From: Candidatus Iainarchaeum sp.
Lineage (GTDB): Archaea > Iainarchaeota > Iainarchaeia > JAGGVJ01
Reading direction: 5' to 3'
DNA length: 49,902 nucleotides
Assembly: GCA_021158055.1 (NCBI GenBank)
Contig: JAGGVJ010000013.1
Coordinates: 1-49,902 of the forward strand
The notes below the pieces were generated by a model. It made no database searches, was not told the origin of the DNA, and was given only the letters and a program-made list of their open reading frames with translations. A program made the translations under genes and the position numbers. Each line of letters starts with the position of its first letter. Position 1 is the first letter of the stretch. Of this stretch, positions 28,377-36,643 are shown one piece after another.

Positions 28377-28653
28377 TTCAGTCAGCCACAGTCAGACAGT
28401 TTCAGTGTTTCGGTTACCCGTTTCAATGTTTCAATAATGATTTGTTTTGTAATCTGATAATTAGTTGCAAAGTAGTTACTATCATAAAAATATTTTGTAT
28501 GTGAAAATAAACATATAAGTTATATAAGTTGTTTTTTAGGAACTGAACTTTTGTAATTTTGCCGGCTTGTCTGTTGTTGTTCACTTGTTGCAATGGTATG
28601 AAAACCGTGAAATGAGAATGGTTTAAATATGATAAGGCATTTACTTTTAAAAT

Positions 28654-31600
28654 ATGAGGAAAGTGAAACTTAGGCGAATTGTCAAGTATGTGAAATCAAA
28701 GCACGACGATTATTTGGCTAAACATCAAAAGGAATCTTTACTTAAAGTTAAGCCTGTTAAAAAGGTCAAAAAGCCTGTTAAATCACAAAAAAAGCTATTT
28801 AAGTCAACTAAATCTGTTAAAAATCCTGTTGCAAAAAAACCCGCGCGTGTTTTAAAAAAGCAAAAAGAAGTTTCCAAAAGGGTTTTGAAGAAGGTTCTTG
28901 GGAAGAAGTTGAAGGTGAAGGTTTCGAAGAAGTTTTCCAAAAAGGTTTCTAAAAAAGTTCCTAAGAAGGTTTCGAAGGTAAGGGTTTCTAAAAAAGTTCC
29001 TAAGAAGGTTTCTGGGAAGAAGTTGAAGGTAAGGGTTTCTAAAAAAGTTCCTAAGAAGGTTTCCAAAGTAGAAAAACGAAAGCCAATTGTTAAAAAGAGA
29101 AGAACTGTGTTCTCAAAAGCGGTGGGGATACCAGGCGGTATAATACATGCGTTGGAAAACACTGCCACTGACGCAACTGAAAGAACTTTTTCGGCAGTTT
29201 CCGCAATAAGAAGAGAACTTGATGAAATAAAAGTCCACATACACCATTCCAAAAAATCAACTGGAAGAATAAAAAAAAAGCCGGCGTCAAAAGGAACCCG
29301 CGCAAAATCAAGTTCATTGAAAGGAAAGAAAAGCACAGAATTGCTGAAAACCAAAAAAACCGGAAAAATCCAGGCACATGCGGGTTTAGACAAGGAAAAA
29401 TGTGTTTTTCCGAAAATTGAAGCCGAAGTAGAACTGCTTTCAAGAGAAGAACTGAAAATTGATTTAGAAGAAAAAATAAAAATTCTTGAAAACCTTCAAA
29501 GAAAACTCATGTCAAGTGTGTTGACCTCGCACGACGTGCTTGCAAAGTTCAGCAAAAAAAGATTTGATTTGAAGGAAGGCGATTCGGTTGAATCGCTCAG
29601 TGCCGAAAGAGACAAATTAACCAACATGATAAGTCTTACAAAAATAAAGTATTACAAAAGACAAATAGACAGCCCGACTTTTAACAAACTGAATTCTGAG
29701 CATTTATCCCGCTTGATTGAAGTGGAATCGAGAATGAAGCTATTGAAAAAAGGTTCTCCTGAAAAAAAACAGGGTTATGCATCCGAACAAAAAAACATTG
29801 TTACTGCAGACCTGAAGACATCAGAAGTAAAAGCAATAGCTAAAAAAATATCTGAGAACAGTGAAAAAGACACCATGTCCCTTTCAGACAGTATTGACGA
29901 GCTGAAACAAGTCATACTCTCAAAAAAAGAGACAGACGCCGATGAACAGAAAAAACAGAAGATTAATTCTTCAGGTGATGTTCAAGTGGTTTCCGAAACA
30001 GCCGCGGTTTTAAGCGGGTCAACTCAAAAAGGGAAAATTCCTTATGATAGGAAAGGTTTTCAGATGCCGTCAATTGCAAACCTGCCGACGGAAGTTGTTG
30101 AGAAGTCAATGTTTATTGAGTCAACTTCACCGCTAAGAAAACTGGAAAAAAAGTCAGCAGTAAAAGAAAAATTGATCGGCAAGGCCAAGTTTGATAAAAA
30201 ATACCCTATTAAAAAAGAGGGGGTCAGCGTACGGGTATATTGGGATGAAAAGGAAAAAAGCTCAAAATACATGGTTTCGGAACCGGAGTTGAGTCCGGAA
30301 GAAAAACCTATTCTTAATAGCCTTAAAGAAGAAGTGATGGATGTTGTCCAAAGCGACCTTTATTCCCTTGAGTCGCAAAACAAAGCCAAAGACTACCTTA
30401 ATGAAAAAATAGACCGGGCATGCCAGTCCCTGAATATCAAAAATAAGTTAAGCATAAAAAAATACAGGTACTACATTTTGAGGGATTTTGTCGGCTACGG
30501 AAAAATAGACCCGATTATGAATGACCCGAACATTGAAGACCTTGGATGTGACGGTTTCAACATACCCGTGTATTTAAGGCACAGGAAATACGGGGCTTTG
30601 AAAACAAATATAGCGTTTGAAAAAAAAGAACTCAAGTCATTTGTGGTAAGGCTGTCACAGCGGGCAAACAAATTTATTTCTTTTGCCCAGCCGCTGATGG
30701 ACGGCAGTCTTCCGGACGGAAGTAGGGTGCAGGCTACTTTTGGAGGGGATGTGTCTCCGAAAGGTCCGTCTTTTTCAATAAGAAAATTCAAGGAAAACCC
30801 AGTGAGTCCGGTTGAATTGATTTTAAACGGCACATTGAGCGAAGGGATGATGGCTTTTTTCTGGCTGTCGATTGAATACGGTCTTTCAGTGATTATTGCA
30901 GGCGGAACAGCGACCGGAAAAACAACTCTTTTGAACGCGATATCTCTTTTTATTCCCCCTGATTTTAAAATAGTTTCGATTGAAGACACACCAGAACTTA
31001 ATATCCCCCACGATAACTGGATACAGAGCGTTTCAAGAATCGGTTATGGTCCGTCTTCTCTTTCAGGTGAAAGATACGGTGAAGTTACCATGTTCGACCT
31101 TTTGAGAGCCGCGTTCAGGCAAAGGCCGGATTATGTTCTTGTCGGCGAAGTAAGGGGAAAAGAAGCGTATGTGCTTTTCCAGGGAATGGCTTCAGGTCAC
31201 GCTTCACTTGGAACAATGCACTCAAACTCGATTGAAGACCTTATAAGCAGGCTTCAGACGCCACCGATAAACCTGCCGCCTTCGCTCATAAAAGTCCTTG
31301 ATTTGATTGTAATCCAATCACTGACTCCCTTAAGAGGCAAAAGCGCCAGAAGAACAAAAGAAATAATTGAGATTCACGACGTTGACATGGAAACTGACAA
31401 GCCGAACGTAAACAAGGTCTACAGGTGGGATCCGAGAGCAGATGAATTTTATTTTTCCGAAGTGAGCTTCAAAGTAAACGAAATCAGCGAAAGAACAGGC
31501 ATTAGCAGCAAAGTGCTCCAGGAAGAACTGCACAGGAGAACAGATGTCTTGAGATGGATGATAAAAAACAACACCACTGACTTTCTTTCTGTTTCAAAAA

Positions 31601-31761
31601 TAATTGCTGATTATTATCAGGATCGCGAAGGAGTGATGAAAAGAGTAAACCTCAGCAATATGGCAAAAATCAAAAAAGACAATCTTAAAGGTCCTTATGA
31701 AGAACTGTCGCCGCCGGCAAATGAGTCGCCGCCAGCAGATGACAATCAGAAAATTGCGTGA
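28654..31761 (+). CDS. Type IV pilus/Tad assembly ATPase (FlaI/TadA-like) with long basic N-terminal extension
   Basis: C-terminal ~520 aa: DFVGYGKIDP.M.DPNIED, LPDGSR, FSIRKF, Walker A GGTATGKTT, SIEDTPEL, RQRPDY..VGEVRG, GH..LGTMH. The N-terminal ~500 aa are Lys-rich and coiled. Confidence 0.93.
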   Translation: MRKVKLRRIVKYVKSKHDDYLAKHQKESLLKVKPVKKVKKPVKSQKKLFKSTKSVKNPVAKKPARVLKKQKEVSKRVLKKVLGKKLKVKVSKKFSKKVSKKVPKKVSKVRVSKKVPKKVSGKKLKVRVSKKVPKKVSKVEKRKPIVKKRRTVFSKAVGIPGGIIHALENTATDATERTFSAVSAIRRELDEIKVHIHHSKKSTGRIKKKPASKGTRAKSSSLKGKKSTELLKTKKTGKIQAHAGLDKEKCVFPKIEAEVELLSREELKIDLEEKIKILENLQRKLMSSVLTSHDVLAKFSKKRFDLKEGDSVESLSAERDKLTNMISLTKIKYYKRQIDSPTFNKLNSEHLSRLIEVESRMKLLKKGSPEKKQGYASEQKNIVTADLKTSEVKAIAKKISENSEKDTMSLSDSIDELKQVILSKKETDADEQKKQKINSSGDVQVVSETAAVLSGSTQKGKIPYDRKGFQMPSIANLPTEVVEKSMFIESTSPLRKLEKKSAVKEKLIGKAKFDKKYPIKKEGVSVRVYWDEKEKSSKYMVSEPELSPEEKPILNSLKEEVMDVVQSDLYSLESQNKAKDYLNEKIDRACQSLNIKNKLSIKKYRYYILRDFVGYGKIDPIMNDPNIEDLGCDGFNIPVYLRHRKYGALKTNIAFEKKELKSFVVRLSQRANKFISFAQPLMDGSLPDGSRVQATFGGDVSPKGPSFSIRKFKENPVSPVELILNGTLSEGMMAFFWLSIEYGLSVIIAGGTATGKTTLLNAISLFIPPDFKIVSIEDTPELNIPHDNWIQSVSRIGYGPSSLSGERYGEVTMFDLLRAAFRQRPDYVLVGEVRGKEAYVLFQGMASGHASLGTMHSNSIEDLISRLQTPPINLPPSLIKVLDLIVIQSLTPLRGKSARRTKEIIEIHDVDMETDKPNVNKVYRWDPRADEFYFSEVSFKVNEISERTGISSKVLQEELHRRTDVLRWMIKNNTTDFLSVSKIIADYYQDREGVMKRVNLSNMAKIKKDNLKGPYEELSPPANESPPADDNQKIA
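28899..29063 (+). repeat. In-frame coding repeats encoding VSKKVPKKVS units
   Basis: Exact 30-mer ggtttctaaaaaagttcctaagaaggtttc at 28944, 28983 and 29034 (spacings 39 and 51 nt); tgggaagaagttgaaggt occurs twice. Confidence 0.92.
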
Positions 31762-31861
31762 TGATGTCAATATGTCAATTAAAAGTTCACACGGACCATC
31801 AATATTAAAAGTGAAGGTTATTTGATTGACAAAATAGATCAACTGATTGAAGGTGTAAAAA

Positions 31862-32800
31862 ATTAAAGAAAAAAACGAGCTCCTGGAAACTTATGTCTTG
31901 TACTGCTCAAGGATAATGTCATTTATCCTGGGGAGAAAAATTCATTTCATGGACTCGATGAAACAAACATATATGTCTGCAAACATTTCGCATTCCATGA
32001 ACAGTTATGCTTCGGCACTGTTTGTCACTACTGTTTTGGTCGGGTTGGTTTTCTTTTTGGCTGGAATAGGTCTGTTTTCTTTTTTTCTTCCAATGGTAAT
32101 TAATTTTCCAAACAGTTTTGTTTTTACAGTCCTTGTTTTTTTGATGTCACTGCTTTTAGGGGTTCTTTTTGGAGCGGTTGTATTTATGATGATCTATTAT
32201 TACCCGTCACAGCGTATGGATTACAGGCGCAAGAGGATTAACCTTGATATGTCATATGCACTGAGTTACATGGCTTCAATTGCGGGTTCAGGTGTTGCGC
32301 CGCAGGTAGCGTTTAAAATGCTTGCTGAAATAGGCGAATACGGTGAAGTTTCCACGGAAACCAAGCACATAGTCAGGGACCTTGAATTAATGGGAAAAGA
32401 TTTGAACAATGCTCTTGTTGACGCGGCAAAAAGAACACCCAGCACCCAGTTTGCACAAATTCTCATCAGCATCAGGGGAACTTTGCTTGCAGGCGGAAAT
32501 TTTATGATTTACCTTAAAGAAAAAGCACAGGAGCAAATGTTTGCACAACAGCTTCGTGAAAGGCAGTACACAAAAACAATGGAGTTATACTCGGATTTTT
32601 ACACTATACTTGTAGTTGCTGCTCCGCTTTTTATTGTGACGATGGTTCTTGTAATGGGTCTTGTCGGCGGAAGTGAAACTTTGCCGATCCCGGCAATAAA
32701 TGCCATTCAAGTGCTTTCATATTTTATCATTCCCGCGATAAACATTGTGTTTCTTTTCGTGATAAAAAATGAAGCTGAAAGCAGGGGGGTGGTCGGATGA
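31862..32800 (+). CDS. TadC/FlaJ-like type II secretion system F membrane platform protein
   Basis: YYYPS...RINLD..YALSYMAS.A.SG, EYGEVS.E and LVDAAKRTPS motifs. Start uncertain: ATT 31862 after GAAGGTG versus TTG 31898. Confidence 0.88.
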   Translation: MKEKNELLETYVLYCSRIMSFILGRKIHFMDSMKQTYMSANISHSMNSYASALFVTTVLVGLVFFLAGIGLFSFFLPMVINFPNSFVFTVLVFLMSLLLGVLFGAVVFMMIYYYPSQRMDYRRKRINLDMSYALSYMASIAGSGVAPQVAFKMLAEIGEYGEVSTETKHIVRDLELMGKDLNNALVDAAKRTPSTQFAQILISIRGTLLAGGNFMIYLKEKAQEQMFAQQLRERQYTKTMELYSDFYTILVVAAPLFIVTMVLVMGLVGGSETLPIPAINAIQVLSYFIIPAINIVFLFVIKNEAESRGVVG

Positions 32801-33669
32801 AACTGAACATGTTTCAAAAAAGACTGCTTTTCGGGATGCTTATCGGTTTAGTTATCATTATCGGAGCTGTTGTTTTTCTTTATGAAACAAGATTTTTCCA
32901 AAGCGGAGTAATACTTGGAATAATGGCTGCAGCAAGTTTCCCTGCAATACTCGGTTACATTGACTTCCAGCGCGTTCAGGTATATGAAAGCAAATTTCCG
33001 ACTTTTTTGATTGATCTTGTTTCGTCAATGGAATCAGATATGACTATACCTCAGGCAATTAACCTGGCGTCGTCAGGGGATTACGGTGCCCTGACACCTC
33101 ACATAAAAAATCTTAACAAAAATATTTCCTGGGGCAAAAGTTTTGAGGAGTCATTGAAAAGGTTTTCATTTGACTGCAATTCACCGGGAATCACCCGTTC
33201 AGTGAGTGTTATTATCGGGGCATACAAGTCAGGCGGGGAAATAAATCAGGTTCTTCGCGCTGTTGCGGAAAACCTTCTCAAGATAAAACAGGTAAAAACC
33301 GAGCGCGCGTCAGACATGCAGACACAGGTAATAACCGGTTACGCAATTTTTATAATTTTTCTTTTTATCATACTTGTCCTGACAAATATTCTGCTTCCTG
33401 CAATCGGCGAAACAGGCAAATTACTGGAGGAAAATATAGAGGGAGGCATGGACCAGTCATTTTTAGGTGAAGGAAACGAAATATTTCAGTTTACAAGTTC
33501 AGAGGAGATTTACCAGTACAAAGTAGTGCTTTTTCATATGTGTCTGATTGAAGGGCTGTTTACGGGATTAATTATCGGGCAAATGACAAGCGGAAACATA
33601 GTGAACGGCGTGAAGCATTCGCTTGTCTTGTTTACAATTGCTTTCATGGTGTTTTCTGTAATAATCTGA
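32797..33669 (+). CDS. Second TadC/FlaJ-like T2SSF protein
   Basis: FPTFLIDL, DYGAL, ISWG.SF, SGGEI..VL and GLIIGQM..G...GVKH motifs; ATGA overlap with the previous gene. Confidence 0.9.
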   Translation: MKLNMFQKRLLFGMLIGLVIIIGAVVFLYETRFFQSGVILGIMAAASFPAILGYIDFQRVQVYESKFPTFLIDLVSSMESDMTIPQAINLASSGDYGALTPHIKNLNKNISWGKSFEESLKRFSFDCNSPGITRSVSVIIGAYKSGGEINQVLRAVAENLLKIKQVKTERASDMQTQVITGYAIFIIFLFIILVLTNILLPAIGETGKLLEENIEGGMDQSFLGEGNEIFQFTSSEEIYQYKVVLFHMCLIEGLFTGLIIGQMTSGNIVNGVKHSLVLFTIAFMVFSVII

Positions 33670-33729
33670 GAAAATACACACTTAAGTTTCAAAGAAACAT
33701 TAATTAAATCATTAATACTTTTCATGTTT

Positions 33730-34287
33730 ATGGACTCAAAAGCAGTTTCGCCGGTTATTTCCACGACAATGATGGTTCTTCTAATGGTGATAATTGTTGC
33801 TTCCATGTACTCGTGGTCAGGCGGCATCTTAAAGGAAATGCAGGACGCTGCAACCATCGGTCAGGCAAGGTCTTCGCTGACTTCAATGGATCTTGCGATA
33901 AAAGGAGTTGTAAGAAGCAACGTGGGTTCTGTCCGTGTTGTTGAAGGGACTTTGATTGAAGGGACTGATTTTGACGCGGCAAACAATTCAATCACTTACT
34001 CGCTTCTTTCACCCCAAAAGTTTTTCCCGCATATCGCATTGGCAGACAGTAACATGACGATAAACGACAACAGGTTTGGAGTAGTGCTTATAAGATTCAA
34101 TGAAAAAAGCAACATATACGTTGGTTCCATGCCCATGGGCGGAAGTTACCTTAATGTTATCCAAATAAAATACACCAATGTTGATCTGCAGCTGGGCGGA
34201 AGCTGGGCAACCCATTCGCAAAGACAGATCTTTAGAAAAACAGGTTACAGCGGAAACACAATAATCGTTGAAGGTGAAGCAAGTTGA
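33730..34287 (+). CDS. Archaeal type IV pilin-like protein
   Basis: Class III signal peptide MDSKA/VSPVISTTMMVLLMVIIV, directly downstream of the Tad genes. Confidence 0.85.
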   Translation: MDSKAVSPVISTTMMVLLMVIIVASMYSWSGGILKEMQDAATIGQARSSLTSMDLAIKGVVRSNVGSVRVVEGTLIEGTDFDAANNSITYSLLSPQKFFPHIALADSNMTINDNRFGVVLIRFNEKSNIYVGSMPMGGSYLNVIQIKYTNVDLQLGGSWATHSQRQIFRKTGYSGNTIIVEGEAS

Positions 34288-35390
34288 GCCAGACGTTTTC
34301 AATGATTTTGACTACGCTTATCGGTTTGGGTTTATTTATAAGTGTTTATGGCATGTTCACAGTTATCGGCGAAGATCTTTACAAGCCCTCAAGAGTAGTT
34401 TCTGCAAAAGAACTTTCAGATTACGTTTCCTCAACAATCCGGTTTGTTTTGTCGTCAATGAACGCCAATGACAGATACCTTGGAAAGCATTACTCAAACG
34501 CAAACCCGGTTCTGGCACCGAAAATAGCGTTTTATTGTTACACGAGTGATTGCAGCACTTTGAAAAGCCGTTTTGATGATGAAGACTTAAATTACACTTG
34601 TTTTAACGGTTTCGGAGTTGACAGTGCAGAAAACAGGCCGGTGCTGACGCCTTTAATAAATGACCTTTCAGGCTATGACGTGGTTGTTCTTGAAGACCCG
34701 TATATTTCCTTGACCACATTGACTACTGACAGCAAAGTGATTTCAGATGAACTTGACAATTTCCTGTCAGGCGGCGGATCTCTTATTGCTTCCGGACACG
34801 GCGACTACATTGAGAAATTCGGTTTCAGCTACACTGACGGGGGTTCAAACACAGGCGATCTGGAATGCACAGTTGAACTCCGTGAAAAAAATATGGCATT
34901 GTTTCCGGGAGTGATTGTGATTCCTTCAACAATACCTTTTGTGTCTTCAACTGCGACTATCGCGTCTTATAATTCTTTTTCAGGCGACTGCGTTTCCGGT
35001 GTTGAACACGCGGGAGGGGGAAAAGTATATTATTTTTCTGATTTCGTGACGAAAAACAATGTAGATCTTGAGGGGAGTGCTGCGTTGCTTTTGAAATCAT
35101 GGCATCCTCCGCTGCAGGGCAATGTTCCGAATATGGTTGTTTTTTTGCACCCGCCTTACAAGATAATGGATAGCCAGTATGTTGTTGAAGGTTCATGCGA
35201 TGATTCGGGAACAAGCTGGATTGTCATTCGCGATGCAAGAGAAAACGTGCTGTCAAGAACAAGAACAAGCGTGAACTGCGTTGATTCATTTTTGTCAGGG
35301 AAAGTTTTTGCATCAGAGGACACCGGGATTGGGTTTTACAGAAGCGGGAATTACCTGTACGTGGAAGTGGCAAACTATGAAAGAGAATGA
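34284..35390 (+). CDS. Pilus-locus membrane-anchored protein with a DUF4350/GATase-like domain
   Basis: N-terminal TM helix; YDVVVLEDP...ELDNFLSGGGSLIASG and GGGKVYYFSD motifs; TTG start overlapping the previous stop. Confidence 0.65.
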   Translation: MSQTFSMILTTLIGLGLFISVYGMFTVIGEDLYKPSRVVSAKELSDYVSSTIRFVLSSMNANDRYLGKHYSNANPVLAPKIAFYCYTSDCSTLKSRFDDEDLNYTCFNGFGVDSAENRPVLTPLINDLSGYDVVVLEDPYISLTTLTTDSKVISDELDNFLSGGGSLIASGHGDYIEKFGFSYTDGGSNTGDLECTVELREKNMALFPGVIVIPSTIPFVSSTATIASYNSFSGDCVSGVEHAGGGKVYYFSDFVTKNNVDLEGSAALLLKSWHPPLQGNVPNMVVFLHPPYKIMDSQYVVEGSCDDSGTSWIVIRDARENVLSRTRTSVNCVDSFLSGKVFASEDTGIGFYRSGNYLYVEVANYERE

Positions 35391-35916
35391 CTTTGCAGGA
35401 AAAACAAAAAAGCCAAGTGTTGTTGCAAGGGGTTTTTCAACGTTTACTCTTGACGGAATAGCTGCTCTTGCTATATCTATTACAGCTGTTGTGCTTATCG
35501 TTGTTTTTTTGCTTGGTTATGTGCCGACCAATACGGTCACTGAAAAAGTATACCTGCAGTCTTACGCGGATTTTGCTTCAAAGACCCTTGTCGAGTCGCC
35601 TGGTGTCCCTTCAAACTGGGAATCGTTAAGCAGTGTTTCAGTAATTGGCTTGGCAGATTGTTTGGCACCGCGGGTTTTTAGCACTTCAAAATCAAATGCG
35701 CTTGCTCTTTTAACGCAGCAGCAGGTGAAAGACGCAATGCAGGTCGGGGACCTGAATGTAAATTTGAGAATAACTGTTACAAACGATTCAAATGCTTCTT
35801 TCGTGCTTGTTGAAACGCCTTCAGACACGCCTCCAAAGTCAGCCCGCGAGTCCAATCGTTTCATGGTTAATTCCGGCAACGAGCTGATAAGGGTAAAAGT
35901 GCAGGTTTGGGGATGA
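35377..35916 (+). CDS. Pilin-like protein (class III signal peptide)
   Basis: Charged leader then ARG/FSTFTLDGIAALAISI...; LVESPGVPSNWE and IGLA motifs, recalled from archaeal pilus-locus proteins. Confidence 0.75.
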   Translation: MKENDFAGKTKKPSVVARGFSTFTLDGIAALAISITAVVLIVVFLLGYVPTNTVTEKVYLQSYADFASKTLVESPGVPSNWESLSSVSVIGLADCLAPRVFSTSKSNALALLTQQQVKDAMQVGDLNVNLRITVTNDSNASFVLVETPSDTPPKSARESNRFMVNSGNELIRVKVQVWG

Positions 35917-35992
35917 TTGGTAAATGAATATATTATTGAAATTGATAAAGGAATGCATCATTAAACTGCAGGCAGGTATTGCAAGAGGTCGA

Positions 35993-36064
35993 TCCTGATA
36001 TGGGTTTGCGTAACGGTCCTGATATGATTTCACGCAACGGTTCTGGCAGGGTTTCGCGTAACAG
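35993..36064 (+). repeat. Degenerate 24-bp x3 repeat in the pilin leader
   Basis: tcctgatatgggtttgcgtaacgg / tcctgatatgatttcacgcaacgg / ttctggcagggtttcgcgtaacag. Confidence 0.8.
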
Positions 36065-36515
36065 GGGTTTTATGATCACTGTTGAAGCCGTGCTTGCGAT
36101 GGTGATAATGTTTTCGTTTTTTTACATTGTTGCAGGCCAGTACAATTCGCAGACGTCAACCGAAGTCGGAGTGAAGTTCCTTGAGCATTACAACAACGAG
36201 ATACTTGACCTTGCACTGAACAACAGGCTTTTCCAGCAGGAGCTTGACGAGGACACCCCGGATTACAGCGCGTTTGAAGCGCACACGGGCTTAATGCTTC
36301 CCCCGGGAATCAGCTATCGTTTTTTTGTGGAAAAAGACAGCGTGAAAACATGCATAATGCCCGCCGGCTGCACTTCAGAAAACATCGACAGGAACTCAAC
36401 AGTCGTTACAGGTTCAAGGTATGCTTATGCCGTCAGTTTTTCCGATGGCCTTAATCCCCCGAAAAAGAGAGAGTATAAATTGAGTTCAGAAGTGTGGTTT
36501 GATTATGAATTGTGA
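36000..36515 (+). CDS. Pilin-like protein (class III signal peptide)
   Basis: NRG/FMITVEAVLAMVIMF cleavage motif followed by a hydrophobic helix; ATG 36000 follows GAGGT. Confidence 0.78.
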   Translation: MGLRNGPDMISRNGSGRVSRNRGFMITVEAVLAMVIMFSFFYIVAGQYNSQTSTEVGVKFLEHYNNEILDLALNNRLFQQELDEDTPDYSAFEAHTGLMLPPGISYRFFVEKDSVKTCIMPAGCTSENIDRNSTVVTGSRYAYAVSFSDGLNPPKKREYKLSSEVWFDYEL

Positions 36516-36643
36516 ATGCGGTCGTGAAGGTTGCAGTATCATTTATCAATTTGTTTATATGTGGAAATATTATTTCTTATGTTGTGTCATTGCAGGAAGT
36601 TGAAAAAAATTATGGGTTGCAAAGAGCCACAGGTGATCATGTC

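Noticed and set aside
28725-29393. 222-aa minus-strand ORF with FLET repeats
   Set aside because: Antisense shadow of the lysine-rich repeats in the ATPase gene.
28654-33669. Archaellum operon
   Set aside because: Two short TadC-like genes rather than one FlaJ, and no FlaH/F/G or archaellin-type sequences recognised.
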